DNA from: Candidatus Saccharimonadota bacterium
GTDB lineage: Bacteria > Patescibacteriota > Saccharimonadia > Saccharimonadales > Saccharimonadaceae
Length of the DNA stretch: 32,000 nt
Direction of reading: 5' to 3'
Assembly (NCBI GenBank): GCA_020160975.1
Contig: JAIUPJ010000001.1
Coordinates: 30,001 to 62,000 of the forward strand
Part shown: positions 8,013 to 14,737 of the stretch, in pieces
How positions within the stretch are numbered: the stretch's first letter is position 1
How the letters are laid out: each line of letters starts with the position of its first letter
Translations under genes and position numbers: made by a program
The notes under the pieces: model-generated
What the model saw: the letters and a program-made list of their open reading frames with translations, nothing else
The model's database searches: none
Told to the model about the DNA's origin: nothing

Positions 8013-8336
8013 ATGGCCAAGACATTGACTGGTGTCGTGACTTCAGATGTTGCGAACAAAACCATCACCGTCACTGTGACTAGTCGTGAGACTCATCCGA
8101 TTTACAAGAAGCAGTATACTGTGACTCGTAAATACGCAGCTCATGACGAGAACAATGACGCAAACAAAGGCGACACTGTCGTGATTAGCGAAGTGCGCCC
8201 GATTTCAAAGAATAAGAGTTTCACGCTTGCCGAGATCGTTAAGCGATCGGTTGGATCGATCGAGCTCAAAGAAGAGGTAAACGCTGACGTCGAAGACAAA
8301 GCTGACCTCGATCATGATGAGAAGGAGGCTGCATAA
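8013..8336 (+). CDS. rpsQ: 30S ribosomal protein S17 with acidic C-terminal extension
   Basis: Contains [23 protein letters not shown] and ISKNKSF. Confidence 0.93.
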   Translation: MAKTLTGVVTSDVANKTITVTVTSRETHPIYKKQYTVTRKYAAHDENNDANKGDTVVISEVRPISKNKSFTLAEIVKRSVGSIELKEEVNADVEDKADLDHDEKEAA

Positions 8337-8704
8337 TGCTTCAGCAAGAATCTCGCGTGAAAGTCACTGATAACAGTGGTGCGAAAGAAGCGCTCATTAT
8401 CCGTGTACTCGGCGGAACACGCCGACGTTATGCCTATGTTGGTGACGTCGTTGTATTGACAATCAAAGACGCAAACCCTACCGGTAACGTCAAGAAGAAG
8501 TCTGTCGTCAAGGGTGTGATTGTGCGCACTCGTGACCAGATTCGCCGCAAAGACGGTAGCACCATTAGCTTCGACGACAACGCCGCGGTGATCATCAACG
8601 ACGACAAGACCCCAAAAGCAACTCGCGTATTTGGCCCTGTGCCTCGTGAGCTTCGCGACCTAGGGTATGCAAAGATCATCAGCCTTGCACCGGAGGTACT
8701 CTAG
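8336..8704 (+). CDS. rplN: 50S ribosomal protein L14
   Basis: Starts [18 protein letters not shown]. Confidence 0.97.
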   Translation: MLQQESRVKVTDNSGAKEALIIRVLGGTRRRYAYVGDVVVLTIKDANPTGNVKKKSVVKGVIVRTRDQIRRKDGSTISFDDNAAVIINDDKTPKATRVFGPVPRELRDLGYAKIISLAPEVL

Positions 8705-8705
8705 T

Positions 8706-9023
8706 ATGGCACGTATCCGAAAAGATGACCTCGTAAAAGTTGTTGCCGGTGACCACAAAGGCACTACTGGTAAAGTAGTAGCTGTGGTACCGAGCAAAAA
8801 TGTCGCGCTCGTCGAAGGTATAGGTATCGGCCGGCGCCACGTCAAGCCAAGCCAGCTTAACCCACGTGGCGGCAAGAAAGACATCCACGTCGGTGTGAGC
8901 CTGCACAAGCTCGCGCTCGTAGTAGATGAAAAATCTACCACAACCAGCCGAATCGGCTATAAGAAAACTGAGACAGGCAAGATGCGTGTCGCACGTCAAT
9001 TGAAAAACAAGGAGATTAAGTAA
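8706..9023 (+). CDS. rplX: 50S ribosomal protein L24
   Basis: MARIRKDDLVKVVAGDHKG (KOW motif) from ATG 8706. The tracked start at 8667 lies inside rplN. Confidence 0.93.
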   Translation: MARIRKDDLVKVVAGDHKGTTGKVVAVVPSKNVALVEGIGIGRRHVKPSQLNPRGGKKDIHVGVSLHKLALVVDEKSTTTSRIGYKKTETGKMRVARQLKNKEIK

Positions 9024-9604
9024 TGGCAGACAAGAAAGCCGCAGTCTACACTCCTCGCTTGAAAGCCTTGTACGCGAATGAATACCGCAAGGAACTACAG
9101 GCCGAACTGAAGCTTGAGAACGTACACCAGGTGCCAAGTCTCGAGAAGATCGTGGTAAGCGTAGGAACCGGAAAAACTAAAGACGACAAGCGCATGCTTG
9201 AGACCGTCAAAAACACGTTGACAAAAGTTACCGGCCAAGCTCCTGTAGAGCGTCTTGCAAAGAAGTCTATTGCGACTTTCAAGATTCGCGCAGGCATGGG
9301 TGCTCCAGTAGGTATTAATGTGACACTTCGCGGTACACAGATGTACGAGTTCCTCGACCGTTTTGTCAACGTTGCGCTGCCGCGTGTTCGTGACTTCCAT
9401 GGAGTTGGTGTCAAGTTTGATAAGGGCGGCAACTACAACCTTGGTCTGACCGACCAGAGTATCTTCCCTGAACTTTCCTTTGAGGAAACTCAGGTGGTCC
9501 ATGGGATGCAAGTGACGTTCGCTATTAAAAATGGCGACAAGGTAAAATCACGCGCACTACTCGAGAAATTTGGCCTACCATTTGAGAAAGAGGAGAAGAA
9601 GTAA
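9023..9604 (+). CDS. rplE: 50S ribosomal protein L5
   Basis: L5 sequence ([13 protein letters not shown]) at the syntenic position. Confidence 0.96.
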   Translation: MADKKAAVYTPRLKALYANEYRKELQAELKLENVHQVPSLEKIVVSVGTGKTKDDKRMLETVKNTLTKVTGQAPVERLAKKSIATFKIRAGMGAPVGINVTLRGTQMYEFLDRFVNVALPRVRDFHGVGVKFDKGGNYNLGLTDQSIFPELSFEETQVVHGMQVTFAIKNGDKVKSRALLEKFGLPFEKEEKK

Positions 9605-9873
9605 TGGCAAAGAAATCTATGATTGCTCGCGACCTAAAGCGCCAGAAACTGATCCAGAAGTATGCCGCAAAGCGCGCAGAGCTCAAAGAAATGGGTGACC
9701 TCGAAGGTCTACAGAAGCTTCCGCTCAACAGTAGCCCAACTCGCTGGAAAAACCGCGACGCGCTCGATGGTCGACCAAGAGGATACATGCGAAAGTTTGG
9801 CCTGGGGCGAATCAATTTCCGTGAAAAAGCAGTCAAGGGCGAGATCCCTGGTGTAACAAAGAGTAGCTGGTAA
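9604..9873 (+). CDS. rpsN: 30S ribosomal protein S14, long cysteine-free form
   Basis: 89 aa, ends KSSW, and contains no Cys residue. Confidence 0.93.
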   Translation: MAKKSMIARDLKRQKLIQKYAAKRAELKEMGDLEGLQKLPLNSSPTRWKNRDALDGRPRGYMRKFGLGRINFREKAVKGEIPGVTKSSW

Positions 9874-9891
9874 AGGAAAGGAGTAAAAGAA

Positions 9892-10293
9892 ATGAGTTTA
9901 CAATCTACAGACCCAATCGCTGACCTCCTGACCCGTATCAGGAACGCAAATATGGTGGGCAAAACTGAAATCCGCGTACCAACTTCGAAGCTTAAGAAAG
10001 TCGTGGCTGAACAGCTAGTCAAGAATAAGTATCTGGCAGCTGTCAAAGTCGAAGACGGCAAGCCTCGCGGCACGCTCGTCGTGACGCTCGCAAAGGACGG
10101 CGAGAACTGCCCGATCAACGAAATCACGAAAGTCAGCAAGCCTGGCCGTCGTGTCTACGTGGCTGCCGCTGACATTCCAAAGGTCAAGCAAGGCCGTGGC
10201 ATCGTCCTCGTCTCTACGTCTAAGGGCGTGATGACTGGTGGTGAAGCAGTGAAGCATAAGCTTGGCGGAGAGCTGCTACTAAAGGTTTACTAG
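9892..10293 (+). CDS. rpsH: 30S ribosomal protein S8
   Basis: Contains DPIADLLTRIRNA. Confidence 0.96.
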   Translation: MSLQSTDPIADLLTRIRNANMVGKTEIRVPTSKLKKVVAEQLVKNKYLAAVKVEDGKPRGTLVVTLAKDGENCPINEITKVSKPGRRVYVAAADIPKVKQGRGIVLVSTSKGVMTGGEAVKHKLGGELLLKVY

Positions 10294-10294
10294 T

Positions 10295-10465
10295 ATGCCT
10301 GAAATGCATGGTCGCAAGTTCGAATTCCCAGTGATTAAAACAGATTTATCACCTGAACGAAGAGATGCAGTGAGTAAGTATTTCATGAGAGTCGCGGAAA
10401 GGCTTCATAAATTGAACCCTGTACGCTCCGAATTTCTCAGAGAGAAGAATGTTAAGAAAGGATAA
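10295..10465 (+). CDS. Unlisted small ORF, 56-aa basic protein (MPEMHGRKFEFPVIKTDLSPERRDAVSKYFMRVAERLHKLNPVRSEFLREKNVKKG)
   Basis: Translated by hand; it falls below the ORF-track length cutoff. The ATG lies 1 nt after the rpsH stop, with AAAGG 9 nt upstream. G+C is 69/171 by hand count (about 40%), against about 55% in a 60-nt hand count of early rplF (10741-10800). No family recognised. Confidence 0.35.
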   Translation: MPEMHGRKFEFPVIKTDLSPERRDAVSKYFMRVAERLHKLNPVRSEFLREKNVKKG

Positions 10466-10531
10466 GATATGAATCGAATTGGAAAACTACCAATCAACAT
10501 CACTAGTGGTGTGAAGATCACAGTCGACTCA
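10451..10531 (+). repeat. Direct repeat copy A (rplF RBS plus first 21 codons)
   Basis: 81 nt aligned by eye to 10691-10771 at a 240-nt offset, with 9 mismatches. There are 4 mismatches in the 63 nt from the ATG onward. Confidence 0.85.
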
Positions 10532-10549
10532 TCAACGAAAGGAGCTTAA
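10469..10549 (+). pseudogene. Truncated duplicate of the rplF 5' end (26 codons, MNRIGKLPINITSGVKITVDSSTKGA*)
   Basis: Matches the MSRIGKLPINIPSGVTITVDS start of the real rplF at 10709. The conserved IP is changed to IT, and a stop follows after divergence at codon 22. Confidence 0.7.
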
Positions 10550-10553
10550 AGTT

Positions 10554-10694
10554 ATGGAAATATTCCTGATTATTTTTCTACCGATCATCGCGATGTGCGC
10601 AGTAATTGGCACAATCACCTTGGTTGCAATCGCAAATGAACAGCACAAGATCTTGACGATGCTGCACGAGCAGTCTCAAAAAGATAATAAGTAA
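10554..10694 (+). CDS. Unlisted small ORF, 46-aa hydrophobic peptide (MEIFLIIFLPIIAMCAVIGTITLVAIANEQHKILTMLHEQSQKDNK)
   Basis: Translated by hand. AAAGGAG SD lies 9 nt upstream of the ATG. It has one predicted TM helix followed by a polar/charged tail. G+C is 57/141 by hand count (about 40%). Confidence 0.45.
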   Translation: MEIFLIIFLPIIAMCAVIGTITLVAIANEQHKILTMLHEQSQKDNK

Positions 10695-10771
10695 AGAAAG
10701 GAAATTCTATGAGTCGAATTGGAAAACTACCAATCAACATCCCTAGTGGTGTGACAATCACAGTCGACTCA
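10691..10771 (+). repeat. Direct repeat copy B (functional rplF RBS and start)
   Basis: Partner of 10451-10531. This copy is continuous with the rest of rplF. Confidence 0.85.
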
Positions 10772-11245
10772 GACGTGCTAACCGTCAAGGGAGCCAAAGG
10801 CGAACTGAACGTACCACATCTGAGTGACGTCACGGTAAAAGAAGAGGACGGCAAAATCATCGTCACCCGCAAAGATGACGAGCGCATCGCCAAGGCCCAA
10901 CATGGCCTACAACGAGCATTGCTCAACAACGCTGTCGAAGGAGTCACCAAGGGCTTTGAGAAGCGTCTCGAAGTAAAAGGTGTGGGGTTCCGTGTCGCAA
11001 CCACCAACAATGTACTCGACATGAGCCTCGGCTTCAGCCACCCCGTACAATACAAGGCACCAGAAGGTGTACAGATTACCAACGACAAGATGACAATCAT
11101 TGTTGCAGGTATCGATAAGCAAAAAGTCGGCCAAGTGGCTGCAGAGATTCGCGCGATCAAGAAACCTGAGCCATACAAGGGTAAGGGTATTGCGTACAGC
11201 GACGAAGTAATTTTGCGCAAAGCAGGAAAGGCTGGTAAAAAATAA
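10709..11245 (+). CDS. rplF: 50S ribosomal protein L6
   Basis: Starts MSRIGKLPINIPSGV and contains VKGAKGEL. 178 aa. Confidence 0.96.
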   Translation: MSRIGKLPINIPSGVTITVDSDVLTVKGAKGELNVPHLSDVTVKEEDGKIIVTRKDDERIAKAQHGLQRALLNNAVEGVTKGFEKRLEVKGVGFRVATTNNVLDMSLGFSHPVQYKAPEGVQITNDKMTIIVAGIDKQKVGQVAAEIRAIKKPEPYKGKGIAYSDEVILRKAGKAGKK

Positions 11246-11262
11246 TGATTAGTAATTTTCAG

Positions 11263-11333
11263 GAAAAGAGCAGCCAGTCCCGAGCGATTCACTCGCTCGC
11301 ACTGCGCGATGAGAAAAACGTAGTTTGTCTCAT
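11263..11333 (+). promoter_or_regulatory. Nested-hairpin RNA element, copy 1 (rplF-rplR gap)
   Basis: Inner hairpin 11281-11287/11293-11299, outer stem 11275-11278/11301-11304, second hairpin 11309-11333. It is near-identical to 16929-17002, and the differences are compensatory. Confidence 0.6.
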
Positions 11334-11354
11334 AACCCGAAGGGGGAACAAGTA

Positions 11355-11711
11355 ATGAGTAATTCACTCGCGAAAAAACTACTAAATAAATCACTCCGCA
11401 AAGGCCGTGTCCGTAGCAAAGTTACGGGAACCGCTGAGCGCCCGCGCCTAAGCGTGACTATTAGCAATGTTCATGTGTCAGCTCAGCTGATTGATGACGA
11501 AAAAGGTCACACGCTCGCCAGTGCTACCACTGTAGGTAGTAAGGCAGCCGGTACGATGACCGAGAAGTGTGCTGCACTTGGCACCGAAATCGCCAAGAAA
11601 GCAAAGAAAGTTAAAGTAACCGCAGTCGTCTTCGATCGCAATGGTCGCCAGTACGCTGGTCGCCTGAGCGCTTTCGCTAACGCTGCACGTAAAGAAGGAT
11701 TGGAGTTCTAG
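11355..11711 (+). CDS. rplR: 50S ribosomal protein L18
   Basis: AAGGGGGA SD lies before ATG 11355; the tracked TTG 11325 lies inside the RNA element. L18-like RPRLSV and FDRNG motifs. Confidence 0.94.
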   Translation: MSNSLAKKLLNKSLRKGRVRSKVTGTAERPRLSVTISNVHVSAQLIDDEKGHTLASATTVGSKAAGTMTEKCAALGTEIAKKAKKVKVTAVVFDRNGRQYAGRLSAFANAARKEGLEF

Positions 11712-11712
11712 T

Positions 11713-12369
11713 ATGGCTGATCAACCAGCTGCACCTGCAGCCACTGCACATGCTACACCACAGGGCCAACGCGGTGGAAGCCGTGGTGGCAACCAACGTG
11801 GTGGTCGTCGCGATGACCGACGAAATCAAGCACCAGAGGCACCAAAAGAATTTGAAGAAGTAGTAATCAACATCGACCGCGTGGCTCGTGTGGTCAAGGG
11901 TGGCCGACGCTTCCGCTTTAAGGCACTAGTGGTCGTTGGCAACCGAAAGAACAAAGTCGGTGTCGGTGTAGCTAAGGGTGCAGACGTGCAAGCAGCGATC
12001 GCCAAAGCTACAGATGTAGCGAAAAAACATCTCATCACCGTACCAGTGGTCAACGAAACAATCCCACACGAAGCCGAGGTGAAACTCAGCGGTGCTCGCG
12101 TGCTTATCAAGCCAGGCGCACCTGGTACTGGTATTATCGCCGGCGGCGTGGTTCGTTCGGTTATCTCGGTAACTGGCATTCGCAACATGCTGTCAAAAAG
12201 TCTCGGTAGCACCAACAAGGTGAACATCGCGTATGCCACAATCGAAGCGCTTCGTAGCCAAGTCCCGCGCGACGAATGGCTCACGACTGATAAGTCAGAC
12301 AAAAAAGCTCCTGCAAAGACTACAGACAAGCCTGCCGAAAAGCCGGCTGCGAAAAAGGAGGCTAAGTGA
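11713..12369 (+). CDS. rpsE: 30S ribosomal protein S5 with R/G-rich N-terminal and K/A/P-rich C-terminal extensions
   Basis: S5 core (VARVVKGGRRFRF, GTGIIAGG). 218 aa, against roughly 165 aa typically. Confidence 0.95.
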   Translation: MADQPAAPAATAHATPQGQRGGSRGGNQRGGRRDDRRNQAPEAPKEFEEVVINIDRVARVVKGGRRFRFKALVVVGNRKNKVGVGVAKGADVQAAIAKATDVAKKHLITVPVVNETIPHEAEVKLSGARVLIKPGAPGTGIIAGGVVRSVISVTGIRNMLSKSLGSTNKVNIAYATIEALRSQVPRDEWLTTDKSDKKAPAKTTDKPAEKPAAKKEAK

Positions 12370-12854
12370 TGACTAAGTATAACGAACTCCAGGTCGCTGC
12401 AAACAAAGATAAGAAGCGCGTTGGTCGCGGTATCTCTGCCGGTGGCGGTAAAACCGCTGGTCGTGGTACCAAAGGACAGGGCGCACGTACAGGTAAGAAG
12501 CTTGGCGTGATGTTCCAGGGTGGCCAAAACGGCCTGAAGTCTGCGATTCCAAAGGGACGCGGATTTAAGAGCCTACGCACACCTGCACAGGTCGTCTACC
12601 TCGACCGACTGAACGAGCTAAAGGGAAGTGTCGATAACTTCAAGCTTTACGAGGCTGGACTTATCGCCACACCATTCCACACAGTCAAGGTCATCTTGCG
12701 TGGTGAGTTGACTGCAAAGATCACGACCCTTAAGGTACAAGCTGCATCAAAAAGCGTGATTGAAGCTGTCAAAAAAGCTGGTGGTGCATTTGAAAAGACG
12801 CCAACACCGATTCCAAAAAGCGCCAAAGAAGCTGAAGCTGCTGACAAGAATTAG
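12369..12854 (+). CDS. rplO: 50S ribosomal protein L15
   Basis: Contains GRGISAGGGKTAGRGTKGQ. AAGGAGG lies 7 nt before ATG 12369, which overlaps the rpsE TGA. No L30 gene lies between S5 and L15. Confidence 0.95.
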   Translation: MTKYNELQVAANKDKKRVGRGISAGGGKTAGRGTKGQGARTGKKLGVMFQGGQNGLKSAIPKGRGFKSLRTPAQVVYLDRLNELKGSVDNFKLYEAGLIATPFHTVKVILRGELTAKITTLKVQAASKSVIEAVKKAGGAFEKTPTPIPKSAKEAEAADKN

Positions 12855-12871
12855 TTGATCTCAGCGACAAA

Positions 12872-12900
12872 AAAGACTCCAGTCTGGAGTCTTTTTGTTT
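12872..12900 (+). terminator. Rho-independent terminator after rplO
   Basis: AGACTCCA/TGGAGTCT stem with a 3-nt loop, then a T5 run. Confidence 0.8.
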
Positions 12901-12945
12901 GTTGCGTTTACTCCAACCTCCGCACCTCACCAGTCGAAGCACCTG

Positions 12946-12976
12946 CTCCCCGTGATCGCGGGAGGGTTTCTGTTTT
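12946..12976 (+). terminator. Second, weaker terminator-like hairpin
   Basis: CTCCC/GGGAG stem plus 2 more bp, followed by GGTTTCTGTTTTT. Confidence 0.35.
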
Positions 12977-13059
12977 TATAAATTGTGAAATAAGTTACCG
13001 ACTCTGGGGTTCACCAGAGTAGACTATAAAACATAAGATAATTTAAGCGGAGAATACTA

Positions 13060-13539
13060 ATGAATAGTATCAAGAAGCTAACGATGGGACTCGCGCTTGT
13101 TTTGCTCAGCGCGTCATGCTCAGCGATGGTGTCGGACGGACAGGCGAGTGCTGCTGCGAGGTGTACTGACTACATGTATGGGTATGGAGGTAATGGAACA
13201 TGTGTTCGCTATTTACAGCAAATGCTCAATGCTGCGGGTGCAAACTGGGCAGAAGCATCATATTACGGCACGTGCTACGGCAGGTCAGTGTCGATGGAAG
13301 TACTTGCAACTGACGGGTCTTTTGGCGGTCGCACTGACGCAAAGGTGCGTAGCTTTCAATACGCCTACTGTCTTGGAACCGATGGCCTCGTAGGCCAGAA
13401 GACCTGGGCAAAACTCTGTCAGCGCGTAAGTGCCTGGTACACCAATACAAGCTACCCAGGTGCTTCAATGTATAACCAGAGTCATAATGCCGGCTACTAC
13501 GCTGGCTGTAGTAAGTACGGCTACTTCGCGCTCCGCTAA
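13060..13539 (+). CDS. Secreted cysteine-rich protein with peptidoglycan-binding (PG_binding_1-like) domain
   Basis: N-terminal signal peptide (MGLALVLLSASCSA). The pattern VRYLQQMLNAAG...TDGSFGGRTDAKVRSFQ...GTDGLVGQKTWAKL matches the PG_binding_1 consensus. GGAG SD lies 7 nt upstream. Confidence 0.7.
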   Translation: MNSIKKLTMGLALVLLSASCSAMVSDGQASAAARCTDYMYGYGGNGTCVRYLQQMLNAAGANWAEASYYGTCYGRSVSMEVLATDGSFGGRTDAKVRSFQYAYCLGTDGLVGQKTWAKLCQRVSAWYTNTSYPGASMYNQSHNAGYYAGCSKYGYFALR

Positions 13540-13558
13540 AAAGTATTGCTTAGAAGGT

Positions 13559-13585
13559 AAAAAGCCTCCTATGTGGAGGCTTTTT
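13559..13585. terminator. Bidirectional terminator between convergent genes
   Basis: 9-bp stem AAAGCCTCC/GGAGGCTTT with A-runs and T-runs on both sides. Confidence 0.8.
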
Positions 13586-13603
13586 ATGTCACCCGAGATG
13601 AAG

Positions 13604-14605
13604 CTATCTACCTATTGCAGTGCTCGTAGCTGCTGAAGCACTACACTCGCTAATATTGATATTGACCTCGATGCGGCGATCGATATCGTCACTTGTCGAT
13701 GATGCGCCACTTATAGGATTGTACAGTCTCACCATATCGGCAGGTACACCACGGGCAATAAGCTCGTTTTTGACCTTTGCTGCTCGTTGATTAGCCAGCT
13801 CTTCACCCGCTGCGGTACTTGATGACTCGCGAACAGACCCACGCACCATGTAAAAGAATGTTTTACCCTTGTTTACTTTATACACCTTGGCGATTTTATC
13901 TAGTTGCGCTGAACCGGTGAAGTCGCTGAGTGTATCAGTAGAGTCGGGCTTAAAGTAGATATTGTCCAGATAGGTGCCGTTACCACTGCTTACCCCAGCG
14001 TCGAGCGCCTCTTGATCGATATAGGAGATATCGGCGTTCAATAGATCGCTTACTGTTAAGCATTTGCCTGTCGAGGGATTCACCGTGGTATCTTTCTCTG
14101 TGTCGGTGACAGTAGTCTTGCCAGTGCTATTTAGGTTAAAGGTCGTGACTTTACCGCTCTTTACGACGACAGTCGTGTCTTTGAGTGTTTCAGAATTTTT
14201 GACAGCAAAATTTACCACAAAACCAATATCCTTGTTCTTGACATCGCTTATGTTGTAGCTGGCGCCTTTGAGTCCAGCAGTAGCACTCTTGGTGAGTGTG
14301 TCGCTGCCACTACCCGAAAGTTCTTTCATCTTTGCGTCGTTGTCGTCGCGGACTGCGTCCATAAAGTTGGTTGCGACAGCTCTCGCCTGAAGCCCAGGAT
14401 ACGCTATCGCAATGAATGCACCGACAGCGAGTAAAATGAGTACAAGTGGCAGTGTGATCCATAGCCAAAGAAGACTTCGCTTACCCTGCGGAGCAGGCGT
14501 CGACACATAGGGCGAGGCTTGTGTTGATGGCGCTTGGGGCTGCGACACTTGTTGTGCCGGCTCCCCTTGTGGACTGACGGGTGGAATGGGTGGCTGTTCG
14601 TTCAT
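13604..14605 (-). CDS. Membrane-anchored protein with P/Q-rich N-terminus and OmpA/MotB-like C-terminal peptidoglycan-binding domain
   Basis: AAGGAG lies before ATG 14605 (tracked start 14650). There is one TM helix (LLWLWITLPLVLILLAVGAFIAIA). The C-terminus NQRAAKVKNELIARGVPADMV...DRRIEVNI resembles the OmpA_C motif. Confidence 0.65.
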   Translation of the reverse strand: MNEQPPIPPVSPQGEPAQQVSQPQAPSTQASPYVSTPAPQGKRSLLWLWITLPLVLILLAVGAFIAIAYPGLQARAVATNFMDAVRDDNDAKMKELSGSGSDTLTKSATAGLKGASYNISDVKNKDIGFVVNFAVKNSETLKDTTVVVKSGKVTTFNLNSTGKTTVTDTEKDTTVNPSTGKCLTVSDLLNADISYIDQEALDAGVSSGNGTYLDNIYFKPDSTDTLSDFTGSAQLDKIAKVYKVNKGKTFFYMVRGSVRESSSTAAGEELANQRAAKVKNELIARGVPADMVRLYNPISGASSTSDDIDRRIEVNINISECSASAATSTAIGR

Positions 14606-14658
14606 AGAACTCCTTGTTAGTTGGTTATGGTTTTGATTATACCTGATCACTCACTTTT

Positions 14659-14687
14659 TCGACATTTTTTCGTCACTCCTGTATACT
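14659..14687 (+). promoter_or_regulatory. Candidate secY promoter
   Basis: TCGACA (14659-14664), 17-nt spacer, TATACT (14682-14687). Confidence 0.5.
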
Positions 14688-14737
14688 ACGATAAGAAGAA
14701 TGACTATAACAATAGTGTAAAAAGGGACTTGTAAGAA

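Noticed and set aside
11309-11324. Mini-ORF ATGAGAAAAAC... within the repeated element as a leader peptide
   Set aside because: It encodes 4 codons in copy 1 but a long, unrelated out-of-frame read in copy 2, and it has no SD. The conservation is better explained by the RNA hairpin.
9525-12527. Long minus-strand ORFs (9525-10139, 10615-11394, 11826-12527)
   Set aside because: All lie antisense to well-supported r-protein genes (rplE through rplO). Their composition is Ser/Arg/Leu/Thr-biased, as expected for antisense frames.
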